Shown in pieces: positions 1 through 14,201 of a stretch of 64,000 nt of DNA. The translations under genes were made by a program, and so were the position numbers. The DNA is taken from positions 60,326,001-60,390,000 of the forward strand of contig OZ320314.1 of NCBI GenBank assembly GCA_976226885.1, written 5' to 3'. Positions within the stretch are counted from its first letter, which is position 1, and each line of letters begins with the position of its first letter. Source of the stretch: Iphione sp. A-MEVVRFRX5 (lineage: Eukaryota). The notes under the pieces were generated by a model. It was not told the origin of the DNA, ran no database searches, and worked only from the letters and a program-made list of their open reading frames with translations.

Positions 1-3000
1 TTATTCGCTTTACTACACTGCATTATGCTAGCCATACAAAGGTATTCATGGTGGGCGGTTTCCATGATGGGATCATCTTGAGATAGCCATCATCCTCGGG
101 CTCAGCAGTCAGGTGTCAGTCATTCGATGAGTGAATTGCTGGTCTACGTATGACGTCACTGGGACACACTCATGACGTGGCTTTGTATGACGTGTTAATG
201 TGACGATAAGCGACTGCCAGTGCGACGCTATTAGGTATGACGTCATAGACGTAACAACAAACGCTGCATTCTTTTACACACAAGGGAGACAGTCATTTAA
301 AATGCCTCACCTTTCACACAAACCAATAAACACGTAAAATGCTTGGACGAAAACATAAAACCACAGGAAAGCATCCGCTTTTTATTTCGTCTAATTTGTA
401 TTCTCGTGTGCTTAAATTGGGGCCGTATTTTATCCTGCAGCTCTGTATTTCTCGCAAGAAGCCATTTGTCGGCCCGCCGGCCATTAAAGGGGCATTAACC
501 GGTGTGGTGGCGGCGAAGACGTGCCCTCCAGGGCAGGGAGGTGGGTGTACCTGGATGGCGTCTTTATCGTCCATCCCGCAGCTGACAGGGCAGCCATCCC
601 GGATACGGCCAGGTGCCCCTTGAGGAGGACAATGTACAAGAGGACGAGGGACAAGAGAGCCGTGGTTACGAAGACTCGGTTCATGCTGGGAGGTGTTGAC
701 CAAAGGAGGGCATTTGGTTCAGGCGGCCGGCCACCCAAACACCGGCCAAATCGGGACGCCCCTGTGTTTGATCCCAATGTAGATGCCCAATAACCGAGCA
801 CGGGTTGGCTTTTCTTACCTCGTCAGATAGTGTCCTAAAGGCTAAGAAACAACTTGGTGTGTATATGGTATTGACGGTTCGTCATTCCTCGCATCTTTCC
901 CCAAATGGTAGAAGAATAGAATACACCATGTATATGTATATTACATCTATGTATTGTGGAAGAAGGCGCTTCTAACTCTGTGAGATGGTATCTAGGGAGC
1001 GTTTGCTTTAATGTCGGTATGATAGTTATTGATGGAATCATTTGCACGGTCATCATATTTGTCCCTCATCCATTTTATTTATTTGGTGATAGATATTTAC
1101 ACGTAGCGCCTTATATAGCCCTGGCTGGAATAGTGAATTTGTAGCATGCGTTGGTGGGTAATGGTGTCGACGTACTGTGTGAGTTCATTTTAAACAGAAC
1201 TGTTTTTAATTAGGTCAAGCGGGTTGTTCACGATATTACACTTCATAGAAGACTAAAAGTCGATTTCAAGAGAAGAACTGAAAACCACCATGAATATTTC
1301 AGCCACTTCGCTTCGTCTCGGGAGGTAGGGGGTTTGGTTCCCGGAGGTATTGATGGAGTAAAAAAAAACATTCTGGCTAGTAGAGAACGTAAAATGGCGT
1401 TGTTTACGTCAGGAAAAGGTCACATGATGTCACGGTGGAATCGGTGCGCGTCCTGAGACGACCGCATCACTTGGATGAGTTGATTATTAGGGTGCAGGGA
1501 ATATTGGGGGCGGTGGGTAGGGGGGGGGGGAATACAGCTTTGCCTTTGAATGGGGCCCAGCGCTGGTGGTGATGGTAGTGGTGGCGGTGGTGGTGGCGGC
1601 GGCGGCGGCGAGGTTGGTTGAGGTAACGCCTATCGGGAAACAACTGACACCGGGAGGGATGAAAGGGAGCGGCGGTCGGATGCTGGAAGAGCTGGGGGTG
1701 GGTGGGTTGACGGGGCTGGAGCTGCTCCTCCTGCTCCTGCTCCTCGGCCTGGTTCCAGATGCGATGGGGACAGACGTGCGGGCCAAGGCGACCCCTCTTT
1801 TAGCGGGTCTTTGTCGGTCTGCCCGCTACTGTGCGGCCCTGAGCGAGTTCGGGTTTGGGGAAGATTTGAGGGGGCTGGGGTGTCAGGGTTGGGGTGGTTA
1901 TACTCTCCTCCCACCCCGCTTCCTCCTCCCGCCCGAGTGGTCGGTCGGGGTTCATTCAAGTACTGTTTGTTGTTTGTATGTACACGTATGTAGCCTGCGC
2001 AGTCAGGTAATGTCACCACTGACAGTCGCTTTCTCCAGTGTCCGCATTAAGCATTTCGGGGCCATCACATTTTTGAGGGGGGATCAGAGCCGTGCGTCTC
2101 CTCGTCCTAGAAATGCTTCCTGGAGTACATAGTTGTGCCGCTGTAGGCATATCTGCCTAGAGTAACCTGCTCAGCAGCCTATTACCTGATTTGATGCATG
2201 GATTGTAAAATACAGATAGGTCCAAACTTCAATCTTCTTTTACTGTCTAGTTTGTTGCTTTATGTACCATACACTAATAATGAACCATACTGTGGCCATG
2301 ACATGTGTGAAAGCCCGGGAGATGGAAGGTAAAAAAAATAAACCTACCTATGTAGCCTGCTGTTTTGTATAGAGATGTGTTTGTTATGCTGATCGGTTGT
2401 TGACCACTTTTTATGCATGTGGATGCGTAAGGCGGATGCACGATCAGTTGATTCTAACAAAAGGCAGTTCTGCTAGCGGTAGTTGTTTCTATTGTAATTT
2501 ATGTGTACATGGAAAAGCATGTGGACAATGATGCTGGAGGTTCTGTGAATTTTGTAAGTGGGGGCAGATAAAATTACATGAATAAATATACACGGAAAAC
2601 CTACCTACGGAGGGAAATAAAATATGTGCAGGAGGTGAATGTTTGATATGATAGAGGTCTCATTACGGTTGTATTATTTTATTTTCGATACCATTACAAA
2701 GAATACCAGTAGAAGTAAGCGGACAAGGCACAGAAATCGCAAATGTGCCAATCAGTATTGTACTAGATGCTGGCTGGCATGGGTGTCTAGGATAACATGC
2801 ACTTTTCAACAGGAAAATACAGTTTTGGATGTTTCATGAGCTGAGTCATAGCAAGACGTGGTTATACAGAGACGACATGCAAATCATGGAACCGTACTAT
2901 TAAACGCACTCTGTAACGTCGTATTTTCAATTCCATTACTGTTTTCTTCATTATCTACTTCGTAATGAAAATTACAGGCACTACTGAATAAAAATAACGC

Positions 3001-6000
3001 GTCTGGATATATGCCGTCTCTAGTTAAAACGTAATTTAATATTCTGTACAGTTCGTCCTGAAGGACCATATGTTCGCGTAATCTACAGTTTTCTTGAGAA
3101 GATAATGCGGACTTTGATACGCATCATCAGAAAATTTCGGCGGTATTTTAACAATACATTGTTACCTAATAATTGCTCTTGTATTAGTAAAACTATAACT
3201 TTTTACTTCACCAAGAAGTTTATATTAATTTCTAATCATTTAGTTTTTTTTTCATTCTGAAGCCCCACAATGCCGTTTATAAGTCAACTTAAATGTCGGC
3301 AACCATGACATTATGTCAATAATAACGAAATGTCACTGCATAATCGTTTTTTGCTACGCACGATTGCACAACGGTAAAATATGTCAGCTTAATTTCGTCA
3401 CGCTAAATTGTTGAAATCCGGGCAGTTTCTCATTGCACAACTCAAATATGGGTGATAACTGTACCTCAGTAGAGTTAAATCTAGGCTATTCACAGCACCT
3501 TAAAGCACTGCCATGTCACAGATACTGTGACGTTCCATTAATGGCAGTTTCACTGTCAATACTTCCCACTCGGTCTTTCTTTGATGTGCTGGTTAGTCGT
3601 TCTTTTGGAAAAGTAGAGCCATCTGTTGGGAAACCCTTTTACGTAATATTTGGAAAGGATTTGTTAGCTTTTTAGTCCAGTGTAATAGCTATATTCGGTG
3701 CACTTACATAAATTAATCACATAAGTTATCTTACCATGATGTGAGGTTAAGCTGGGCATAGGTCAGGCTGTATCGAGAAACAGTGCAATGAAGACTGGGT
3801 CTTCCTCTGACAGCCCTTCAAAGTAAGTAGTGCATGTATTAAAAACAATTTACAACGGTGATTTGGCGTTTGTATTTAGACAAAAATCTGAAGGGTTCAA
3901 TCAACTTTATTTATTGCGAAACTGTGCCCTGGTCTTGTGCAGCCCTGCACATTCTCCCATTATCTGCAAATAGTTTCAAGGAACACGGAAAGAGTAGCCA
4001 CAGTTCAGGTGTGTTATAAAGCTTATAAAGCTAACAGTAGTTTTAACTGGAGTACAGAGACGAAAACTTGGAACCGGAGAGGGGGGCTTGCGGAAATGTT
4101 TCAACGAGGAAGCTTTGTGCAGTGATAGAGGAAGCTTTGCGTAGTGATAATATGGGAAACACATGGAGCAGCGTGCAGTGTTGGAGAAAAGGTTGATGGT
4201 GCAACAATCGTTTGAGACATTACATTGCTTATTGTTTAGATGTGGAATTCTCGGTATCAGTTGGCCGTTACCTTGAAATTAAGATTCTTTCCGGTTAGCA
4301 CATAGAAGATATCTATGGTTGTATTTTTGATAAGGCGCCTGGTAAAAGGATTTATGGAGCTCTGAGTTTTAACCTCGCAGTAGGGTGCCTGCAGTGTAAG
4401 AGTTTGTAGACCAGGCTTTCTAGACAAGTTATTGAAGGTCATTTTGTGTCAGTGCGTCAGCTTTGCAGGGTCACTGACACTTGCAAAAGTTTGACAAGTT
4501 GTAGAACTTGCACCGGAATGCTTGTCACGGTCAGGATTCAGAGAGAACACGGGTCAGATTACAAGGTGACGATATCCTCCTGGATGGTAAATGAACCACC
4601 AGTCCTGAGACGAAGAGACCATTGCTCAACCACTGTGCCAAATACATATGTGATATTGTTCTGGGTGAACTATCCTCCTTCGACACGAGTACATGTCACA
4701 GCGTCATGGAGATCCAGACCAGCGGGGTTGATATTCTTTGCATACTGACACTTTACGTGGTACATGTAGTGGTACACGTAATCCGTAGAAATCAGCAGAG
4801 CTAAGTACATATTACGCTTTGTATCGAATGCGGGGTGTTTCGATATGGATATTCCAGATAATCATACTTTTCCCCGTCAAATGCTAGTTTTTAACCTCTT
4901 CGTGCGAAGGAAGGGTATTTGGTTAGAGGCTCCATAATGTATGGCCGTTTCAGTTACTTGTCAGTCCATTTCACTAAATTACACCAGCATCATGTCATTT
5001 TCGTGCGTGACTCATATCTCCATAACAAACTTGAAATCTCCACGCCACACGCAAAGACAAATTTGGAAAGGAAAAACCACAAAAGAATTAGGATAGAGAA
5101 TTCTCTCAAATTTGATATATGCTGGTATCTGTGAGTGGGGCTGACAACTCACAGCCTCATTGTTTCACGCAAACATTGTCGTGATTGACTATACAAAGGC
5201 AACTGGCGGTCAGTCTTTAAGGAGTCAAGTCACGACCCCTTCCCCTTCCTCATCCCACCATGCTCGACACCTTATAACTGCCAATAAACGGTCACTTGGC
5301 AGATTGATTCGTGTCAACGCTATTCCGTTTTTTTTTCGGTTGTAGCCTCTATGTTTATACAGTATGTACGTACATATACGGTGTGTTAGCCGCACTTTTT
5401 TCTCTTTCCCACGCTATTGGAGGTCATCGCAAAATCCCCCAAATGGTGACAGTATAGACAAGACTTTAAAAATGAAAATATAAATAAAACATACGTGAAT
5501 AAAGAGACTTAATAAGGCAGTGGTATAGGTATACTTAGCAAAACTGATTTTAATAAGCATATACACACTTTATATGACTCCTATTTTGTGTTTGTGTGCG
5601 TGCGTATGTTCGTGTGATATTTCTTGCCATGGATGATGTGCTTTCAAAACAAGTATACATCTTCTCAGTGATTTCCAGAAGTTGTGTTCGTTTTAAAAGA
5701 AAACTCAAAATGCCTACTTCAGGTGACTTCAGATGAGTAGATTGTGGTACAAGCAGGACAGGGTAAAGTAGGTGGAGGTACGGCATGCTTTTAGCAGCAC
5801 GTATGGGAGGGATTCCTTCATCTTTCCTTGCCGTCCTTCTTTTTACTATCTGAACATTTGTTTGCACACCTCTATTTGAAATCGAGGTTACTTTTCTACC
5901 TGCTAACAACTTATCCCATGAAAATACAAGTATACCTGACCCTTGCATGCCTTCCCTTATCTTAGACTTTCCATATTGCTCGTTTCTGATCTCCCCATCT

Positions 6001-9000
6001 AGTATCCTCCTTGTCTGACTCCAACCCTTCTGTCGCACCGCTTTTCAGTTAATTTCACTTGAAATCAGTCAGGTAGTCAGTCAGTTAGTTAATCAGTCAA
6101 TCATTCATTCACTTTTTGGCGATCCAGGCCGTTTTCTTTAGCCGTTACACATCCATGCACACACATATACACATGTCTGTACACATGCATGGTAACTTTT
6201 CGGAAAGGACACAATTCAACCGCAAGAGGAAAACTCTTTGAAAACTGCACCATACTTTTCATCCGGTCTAGTTCGTGCACGGGAACCACTTCGCAGAATG
6301 CACCCATGTACACGTATACCCATCTAGCGAACGAGTTACTCGTTCGCCCCGTCGGCTCCTTTCATCAGTTCAAGGCTGAGCAACTCCAGACAGAGCAGCT
6401 CAGTAAAACACCGAGGCGGGAGGACAGGGCCTACTTTCTTGTGTGTTCCGGTAGCTGTTCGACAACCTGTGCGAAGTGCCTGGATGTCATCTTGGTGTTA
6501 GAAGGGAGACACCATATATAGGAGTTTTGTTTAAATTAAAGAACTGTACGACCGTAGGCGGCTGAATGTATTTCATCAAACTACCAATGCTCAACAATCG
6601 CCTAATAGTGCAGAAAGGTAGCAAAAATGTAACCTATTTTACAGTACACATGTATAAGACATGACACAGAGCATGGTCAGTATGCGCATCGTAATGGACC
6701 TTTCAAATCGTGAAAAATAAGTTTATATGAAAAATCTGTCTTGCATAACAGTATCCTGTATGGTCCTCATACGTATATGTATGTTCCTACTTTTGTGTAT
6801 ATGTATATGTATAGAAATACATGTTTGTTATGCATATGCACGTTTTATATTTTAACATCAATACATTTTAGTATGTATCATGTGAACCCCCCCCCCCAAA
6901 AAAAAAAGACAAAAAAAAAACAAAACTCATCTAGGTGTACAAATGATCAGTTACTTCAGCGGACTTTGCTGTTTACATTTACAAGTGGAACACCCCCCCC
7001 CCCCATATCCTGTCAAAACAGCATGTCGTGGGGTTTTTTTTGTTTTTTTGTCCTCATAATGGACTATATCTTCGAGGTAGGCCCAGATATGATGACCCAA
7101 GGGTCGACCTCTTTGTTTCTCACACTCGAACCGGTGTACCTTGGGCTAGGATCAGCGGAACAGTACACCACCGACCGCCCTACTACATGTCTGTGATGGA
7201 CAGCTCCTCCATCTGGTTTTCTGGAGCAGTAGCCCGGACGGTAAATGATGGTGGATGCTGTGTGTGGTACGTGTACATGTCGTACGACTGGCGGCCCCTC
7301 CAGGTCTGGGTACCCGAGTCAGAGAGGCAGACGAGGTGGCCGCCACTAACCAGGTCGTTAATAGCCGCAGGTTGACGCGGCTTTACCTGACCAGGTGACG
7401 TGAGCCGGTCCGGTAACACCGTCGCCGGGTCCCACGCTGCACCAACCTTCACCGTGGGACACTCCGCCCTCCCTTCACCGCATCCTCCCGTCTCCCTCCG
7501 GATCCCCCTCTAGACCAGTGCCAGTGAACCTTGGGACCATCCAGTCTGGCATCGTCCCCCTCTCACGCTCCGTACTGCACTTACTTCCCTTACCCCCCCC
7601 CCCCCCCCCATACACACACACACAAGACCAGTGAGAATTCAGCCACCCTGGAGGGCAGGTAGCGTCGAGGTCACAGCCACCAGCTGGTGCCCTCCAGGCC
7701 TATTATTTTAAGAAGTGAGCCTACGATTACGCATCTTGTAGCCTATCGGATGTGGGTCGCACATGCTCCAAGCTATTGTCCGAATGACACGCTGCGGCAG
7801 AGTGGACGGGAGTTAGTGGAGGCCATAAGTCATGTTGATTGACTTCGGTCTCGGTGAACTTGGTGCACCGTGGTACTTCGTCATGGGCTTGTAAGCAGCA
7901 TTAGTCTCTTTCATTTTGATAGCTGTGAAATTCACACTAAAGGCCAGCTGTCATCATAATATTAGTTATTTAATAGTATACCAGGATGGCACACTTTATT
8001 GAGAGGTTTACAAATAAAAAGAAACAGAAACATGACAACCGATGACATTTACCAAATACATAAACATACATGTATACAAAGTACATATATTTGTATATGT
8101 ACTGATAGTTGTCACATAGCAATGCGGCTAGCAGCCAGGACACTCCTGAATTTAGGACAAAACCAACTTTCTTTTCATTGTACAATGTACAAGGTGTATC
8201 TGAAGTATCTAAATTCATCTGAAATGCTTCTAAGTTTTTGTCGGAAGATCAGGTTGTGTACATTTCGGCACTCTACTCGACATATATAGAGTTGGAGAAA
8301 TCAGGGAATAATATACTCAACGAGTTATTTAGTCACTAGAGTGAGAGAGTAGCTAAAAGTGGACGATTTCTCGAATGGATAAATTTACATGTATTACAGT
8401 CGCTGTAGAGTTATTCTCAGTTCTGAAGAAACTATATCTTACCTAGAGATCTCGACAGAGTTACTATGTATATGTACATTAATATAGAGGAGAAACATGG
8501 GTTACGGTTCGTCCTCCTTCCCTGTATGAATCTATCCTTTGCCCTAGTTTTAGTGCGCTCAGTGCTGACTTCCCTATCGACCAAGCTTCTAGTCTTCTGT
8601 CTTCTAGCAAAGCTGATTTTCGAACATCTTACACTGCATATTCGTATATCATTATGGCAATTTCAAACCTCATACTCACGCCGAGGATTACAAGGCCCTT
8701 GCCTAATGTGGCAGCGTTGTCATCGATTTCATCCTTTTGAAAAAGACACAATGAAGTACTTACTCCACTAGTGATGGTGCATTATCATAAGGGGAAGGCA
8801 TCACCGTTACAATGGCTTTTATCGTTTGTCAGACCCAATGTTTCACAACACGTCGTAGAAATGACAATAAAAGCAAATGAATACGTGAACATTGTTGTAC
8901 CTCCGCATCTGTACAGTTGTAAACACTCTTTTGTCACCAGTAGGTAGGGGCGCTCATTACTGTAGCGGGATCTGTACATCCGTGCCACTGTCTTTGTATG

Positions 9001-9513
9001 TGTTAGAGTACGCCCTTTGTTATGTAGACTTTGATAAAGTGTTGCTGTTCCGCATACGGCGTGGGGACGGGTGAGTGCCTCCCTTTCGATCAAAGCTGCT
9101 CCCTTCTCCTCTAGAGGCTGATCTGGCGCCACTGGTGGCACACCGCAGGCGGGCTCTGCATGCAGTTGCCAACAAAGCAGCTAGAAACACCTGTGATGTG
9201 AGGATGTAAAAGGAAACTCGTTTGAAGAATAAAATATAATTCATATATATCACCATATCCACGCAGTGGCAACCAAGAGCACTGAATTTTGCAGAGGTCG
9301 ATGATTCAGGGACTAACCATTCGTCAACTGGCTATTGCTGTTGATTTATGGAATCGTCCACATTGACATAGTTCTATCAGTGTGTATTTCTGTCGTTGTA
9401 TAGCAGAATATGCAAAGTGCTTTCGTATTTTCAGATGATCTGAACTGTTATCAAAGCAATATATCTACTAGTAGCCTGTTTATTTTGTTATGATGTAGGT
9501 GGTATAGGTTGAT

Positions 9514-9717
9514 NNNNNNNNNNNNNNNNNNNNNNNNNNNNNNNNNNNNNNNNNNNNNNNNNNNNNNNNNNNNNNNNNNNNNNNNNNNNNNNNNNNNNNN
9601 NNNNNNNNNNNNNNNNNNNNNNNNNNNNNNNNNNNNNNNNNNNNNNNNNNNNNNNNNNNNNNNNNNNNNNNNNNNNNNNNNNNNNNNNNNNNNNNNNNNN
9701 NNNNNNNNNNNNNNNNN
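9514..9717. other. Assembly gap (204 N)
   Basis: Run of N characters; ORFs spanning it are artefacts. Confidence 0.99.
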
Positions 9718-10457
9718 TTTGTCCATTGAATGTTCGTTGAATCATATTTGCTTCTGTGTGGTACTCTTGATATAAGCGGGTTTTCCTGACAGTGCTATGA
9801 GGGAGCTTCGTTTCCAGAGGATTCGTTGAGAGAGGCAAACCTGTAAGTAGATTTGAAATTTACAATACCCCACACCTAAAACAAAAAGAGAGTACAAAAC
9901 AGCTTCTCCTCCTCCACCGCAGGACCTTTCGAATACTGCTGTCTGACCAGCCGACTTTCCATCATAGTTTTGCGGGTCTTAAAACTCAATAACCTTTCAG
10001 GAAACAAACAGATTTTGGTACAATATGTATATGATACTCATGTATATAGACTCACGAAAATGGGTAACTTTTGCAGTAATTCAAGTTCTCTAAAAGTAAA
10101 CGAGTCAATTTCTTGCAGGTATGTACTCATTCGCAAAAAAATACCCACAAACATACATACATGTACATAGTTTATGGAATTCTACATTTGGCTATACACT
10201 CATACACATACACACACATAATTTCGTACTTTAGGACATGCAAGGCATTTCACCACTTCCACTAATAACACACCTTAGCTAGTGGGGCAGGAGGGATGTC
10301 TGACTAAGGAAGGTGTAATTAAGCATGAAATTGGCACTTAGATTTGTTTATTCCAACAGTGATGGTGGAGGACAATAGACCTCGCAGGTCAACGCTCTTG
10401 TTGTTATTGAGGTGTCCATTATCTTTATCCTTTAGATGTTCACCTATATCACAGCAA

Positions 10458-10535
10458 GACACTAACGTTTAAAAATGGAGTTTCGTTTTGATATGGACAC
10501 TAACGTTTAAAAATGGAGTTTCGTTTTGATATGGA
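10458..10535. repeat. Exact 38-bp tandem duplication
   Basis: GACACTAACGTTTAAAAATGGAGTTTCGTTTTGATATG occurs at 10458 and 10496. Confidence 0.95.
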
Positions 10536-11847
10536 AGCCGTGGTGCATGCAGGCCTCCAAGGTATGGGATTGGATGGCAATCCCCTGTCTTCAGCTGCCT
10601 ACCATACACATTGTTATAAAAGTGAAAGATGCACTAATCGTTAGCGCAAACACACGTGTTTATTTCCAGATGTGTTTGGATGCATTTTACACCTGTTACA
10701 CATGCAAATTCAATAAACATACATTTATATAAAGTTGTTAACACCTAGACAGGGTTGGTAATACATGTATACAAATGTCCAGAGATTGGTTCGAGCTTCA
10801 TCTACCACCCAGGCACTAACTGGCATGCGCATGGCATTTTACTTTAAAAAATACCTTAGCTAATACGCTTTCTTGGCATGAATATGATAGACGTACTCCC
10901 ATAACCTTTGTCACGTATGCTGTTTATTTTGTACTTTTACAGGTCCTGCAAAATTGATTAGCTCGAAAATTAATATTGGAATCTCCAAACTTAGGAGACA
11001 ATAAAAAACGAGGTTAGGTTCTCAAAAAGACCCCATTTTATCCGAACGGAGGAAGAGTGGGACAGGAGGATGCCCGTCTACTAGTGTAATTGTGGTCGTT
11101 ATATTGTAACTGTGACTCCTGTCACTACATGTATTACAATATAATGTGACCATTGTTACACCAGAATACCAAACCACACCAGTGCTCCCTGCCCCGCTTC
11201 TCCCCAACATGCTCCTCAATTGCAGTGATTCTTTTTGTCTCCCACATCATAAAGAGGGGAGACGTTGGAATAATGTTGTGCAACTATCCAACCCTCCATC
11301 ACAATCTTCTGGGTCTTTTTAACTTCAATACCCGTGAGACAAATGAACTGATTTTCGCATATGATACTCCTCTATATAGATACATGCAATTTGTTTATTT
11401 TTGTAGTATTTGATCTGAAATTACTCACAGAAAGAAACTTAGTCATTCAGTTTGTAGGTTTTAGGTATAGAGCTATGCCGTAGTCTGCTCACCCAGGCAG
11501 AATGAAATATTTCCACATGATTGGATGGCTGGTGGGGGACCTCGTAGGTCCTCTTTCTTATTTAAATAGGATCTGCTAAGATGACCCTCATGTCATTAGA
11601 TTTGAAGATGCAGAGACACATGACATCAAGGCGGTTGGCAGCAGGTTGCTCAGTGAAGTGTACATGATGTAGTGTGCTGTGGCTTGAGCCATGTGAGGTA
11701 TCCAAAGAACAAGTTCCATACAGTAGCTCCAAGTTCAAACAGATTTTATTGGCCACACAGGACCCATAGCTATAGTCAGCAACTGGTTATGTGACCCACA
11801 TGGGAGGTGAAACTTCGTAGTCAACTTTGGAAAGAAAAATTAGCTGC

Positions 11848-11930
11848 AGAACAACTACAGTGTTATAACTAGATGCTATGAATAGAACAGCTACAGTGAT
11901 GTAGTAAGGTGCTATAAATAGAACACTCTG
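11848..11930. repeat. Degenerate 36-bp tandem repeat (about 2.3 copies)
   Basis: AGAAC...CTACAGTG...TGCTAT.AAT units start at 11848, 11884 and 11920. Confidence 0.7.
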
Positions 11931-12407
11931 CATCACTCAGACACCAGGAAAAATCCTGCTACACTGTGCTTTGATCTAATGTTACCTTGGGCAGCTCCTG
12001 TATCAGCCATCGCATGGTCAAAGAGCGTCCAAGTAGGCTCTTTGGCATCGCATCACATCCCTGTCAGGCTGCAGGTCATGAATACACTGCTCATTGTGCA
12101 GTATCTCTGAGTGTGGCACCATTCAAGCATCAGGCAGGGGCACACTACTGTGCAGCTCTGGGTGTGGTGCCGTACACAGGAAAACCGAGTGTGTAGCATA
12201 CACTGAGTGTGCACCGCACCAAAGACCACCAAGTGCACCACACTGCTCAGGGTGTGGTACCACATACTTATCATATTATATACCGTACCGATTGCTTCAT
12301 GCACCGTGCTGCTGAGTGCTAGGGGTCATCAAGTGCGCAGAACCTGAGTGTAGCACTACATGTACTTACCTCTACAGTTATATTCTTAATCATCTGCTCA
12401 TGACACA

Positions 12408-12469
12408 TTACATTTCAAATCATAGAGGAAACAATTTTCTTTGAGTTTCCTCTATGATTTGAAATGTAA
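12408..12469. repeat. Perfect 25-bp inverted repeat with 12-nt spacer
   Basis: TTACATTTCAAATCATAGAGGAAAC (12408-12432) and its exact reverse complement (12445-12469). Confidence 0.95.
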
Positions 12470-13479
12470 ATTTGTTGGCAACACTTTTCTGTTTGCTCGT
12501 GACTCTCCTGGAATCTCCTACAACCACTGAATATAATCACTATTTCCCCCGACGAACAGCCTGGAACAACATCACTGCTATGCTAATTGGCTCTCAAGGA
12601 CAACCTTAATCGTAATTACCTAAGGCTTCGATATCATGAACAAAAGACGCTTAATACGTCTGGAAAAATGGGCATAGAAAGTGGGTGACTATGAAAGCTA
12701 CGTCAGCCGCACGGTAACATGAAATCGTAAGTGACGCCCAGGAGCATTGTAGTCCGTAAACTAATCCAAATCCTTACCTAAGTCTGTCTGGTATGTATCA
12801 TTGCGTTTTGTAAGTGGTCGGACCAAGGTCCGAAGTGGTTAACCATAACCTCTTTTCGTCAAGTGGACTCGGGTTCTTTTGATTACTCTTTTCGGTGCGT
12901 CAGTGCTATTTTCTCTGTCGTTTCATTTTTTTGTGTTTTCACCAATTTTGTACATAGATCTGACTTAGGAGTATAGCATTATGACGTGACGAATTTGTGA
13001 ATTGTGAAAAAAAGTAGGACAGCATGGTCATGTACGTCGTACATTTCCCCAGTTTTATGATCTTTGAATGAATATAATGATGTCTTCCATTGAATCTGAT
13101 ACACTTGGCTTTAGCTCGAACTATCTCATCTTCAGGTTGGTTTGATTCTTGACAAGCCTGCACAAGGAATATGGTTTATAATTCTCTAATTGCACTGAAT
13201 CAAGGATACAATATGTGAAGGATATATACCGAACAAAGAATTATATGCGACAAATTGCAACAATAAGAATTTCCAAGAGGCAGCTGAGTAAATGTAATTT
13301 CTGTGGTGGGAATATATCAAGTACAAGACATATGAAGTGTATATCCAACTTAAAGCAGGGTTCCCAGATGACACACAACAGGTAACACATTTTTACAGTG
13401 GGTTACAGGTGAAACACAACAGGTAACAAACACTCTCTACACAGGGTTACATGAGGAACACCAGTAACAAGCCATCTTA

Positions 13480-14022
13480 GAACCGGTTTCCTTACATGCA
13501 TTGGTGTCAATGCATTTTTGACTCGTTTTTTATCTATTTAGATCTGTTTTTACCAATCATGTTGATTCTAATAGAGGGTGCCATATGTGTCCATGTCCAT
13601 TGCTGTCTGTTTGTTGACCATTGATCATTAACAGTCTCTGACCGATAATTCAACGTACACAGATAGCAAACAGACAGCAGTATACAGAAGATAGTCTTTG
13701 AATCAGGTAAAATTTCTCCACAAATATGCTGTTTTCTGCACTTTCTCCCTCAAATTTGCAGTTTTCTGCAAATTATCCATGGAATTTGCCACAATCTCCA
13801 AGAAAAAAAAACATTTTTCGGCACTTTCTCCCTGAAATTCACCATTTATCATGAATACATCTATCAGAGATCTATCATAGATTTCATGGATCATAAATGC
13901 ACTGTCAATTGTCACCCTATCCGTGAGGCTGCATGAAGAGAAAATGCATGTAAAATGCACATTAATGCACACGGAGGCATAACACAGCCTCATGGACACC
14001 AACGTAAGTAACGAAACCAGCC
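13480..14022. mobile_element. Degenerate PIF/Harbinger-type non-autonomous element (MITE) in a short satellite
   Basis: Imperfect TIRs GAACCGGTTTCCTTAC / GTAACGAAACCAGCC, flanked by TTA on both sides (13477-13479, 14023-14025); shares the internal TGAGGCTG...CAGCCTCA motif with the neighbouring element. Confidence 0.45.
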
Positions 14023-14201
14023 TTACAGTGGGTGATGCAGAACTGGTAACAGACACCTCTAGAGAGGGTCACAGGAGGCACACAATAAGTAACAAGACAC
14101 TCCTATAGATGGTTACAAAAGGCAGGTTCACTGCGTACTCCATGTGATTATGCTTGTGCATCCTTGACAAGCTAATGTTAGGCAATGACAATGAATAATA
14201 A

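Noticed and set aside
2884-3069. ORF MVLQDELYRILNYVLTRDGIYPD, faintly like the N-terminus of Gypsy/Ginger-type integrases
   Set aside because: No HHCC or DDE motifs downstream in any frame and no TIRs; similarity too weak
5550-6038. 162-aa minus-strand ORF
   Set aside because: No recognisable motif or splice structure; a few ORFs of this length are expected by chance in six frames of 64 kb
9451-9838. ORFs spanning 9451-9838
   Set aside because: Artefacts of translating through the N gap
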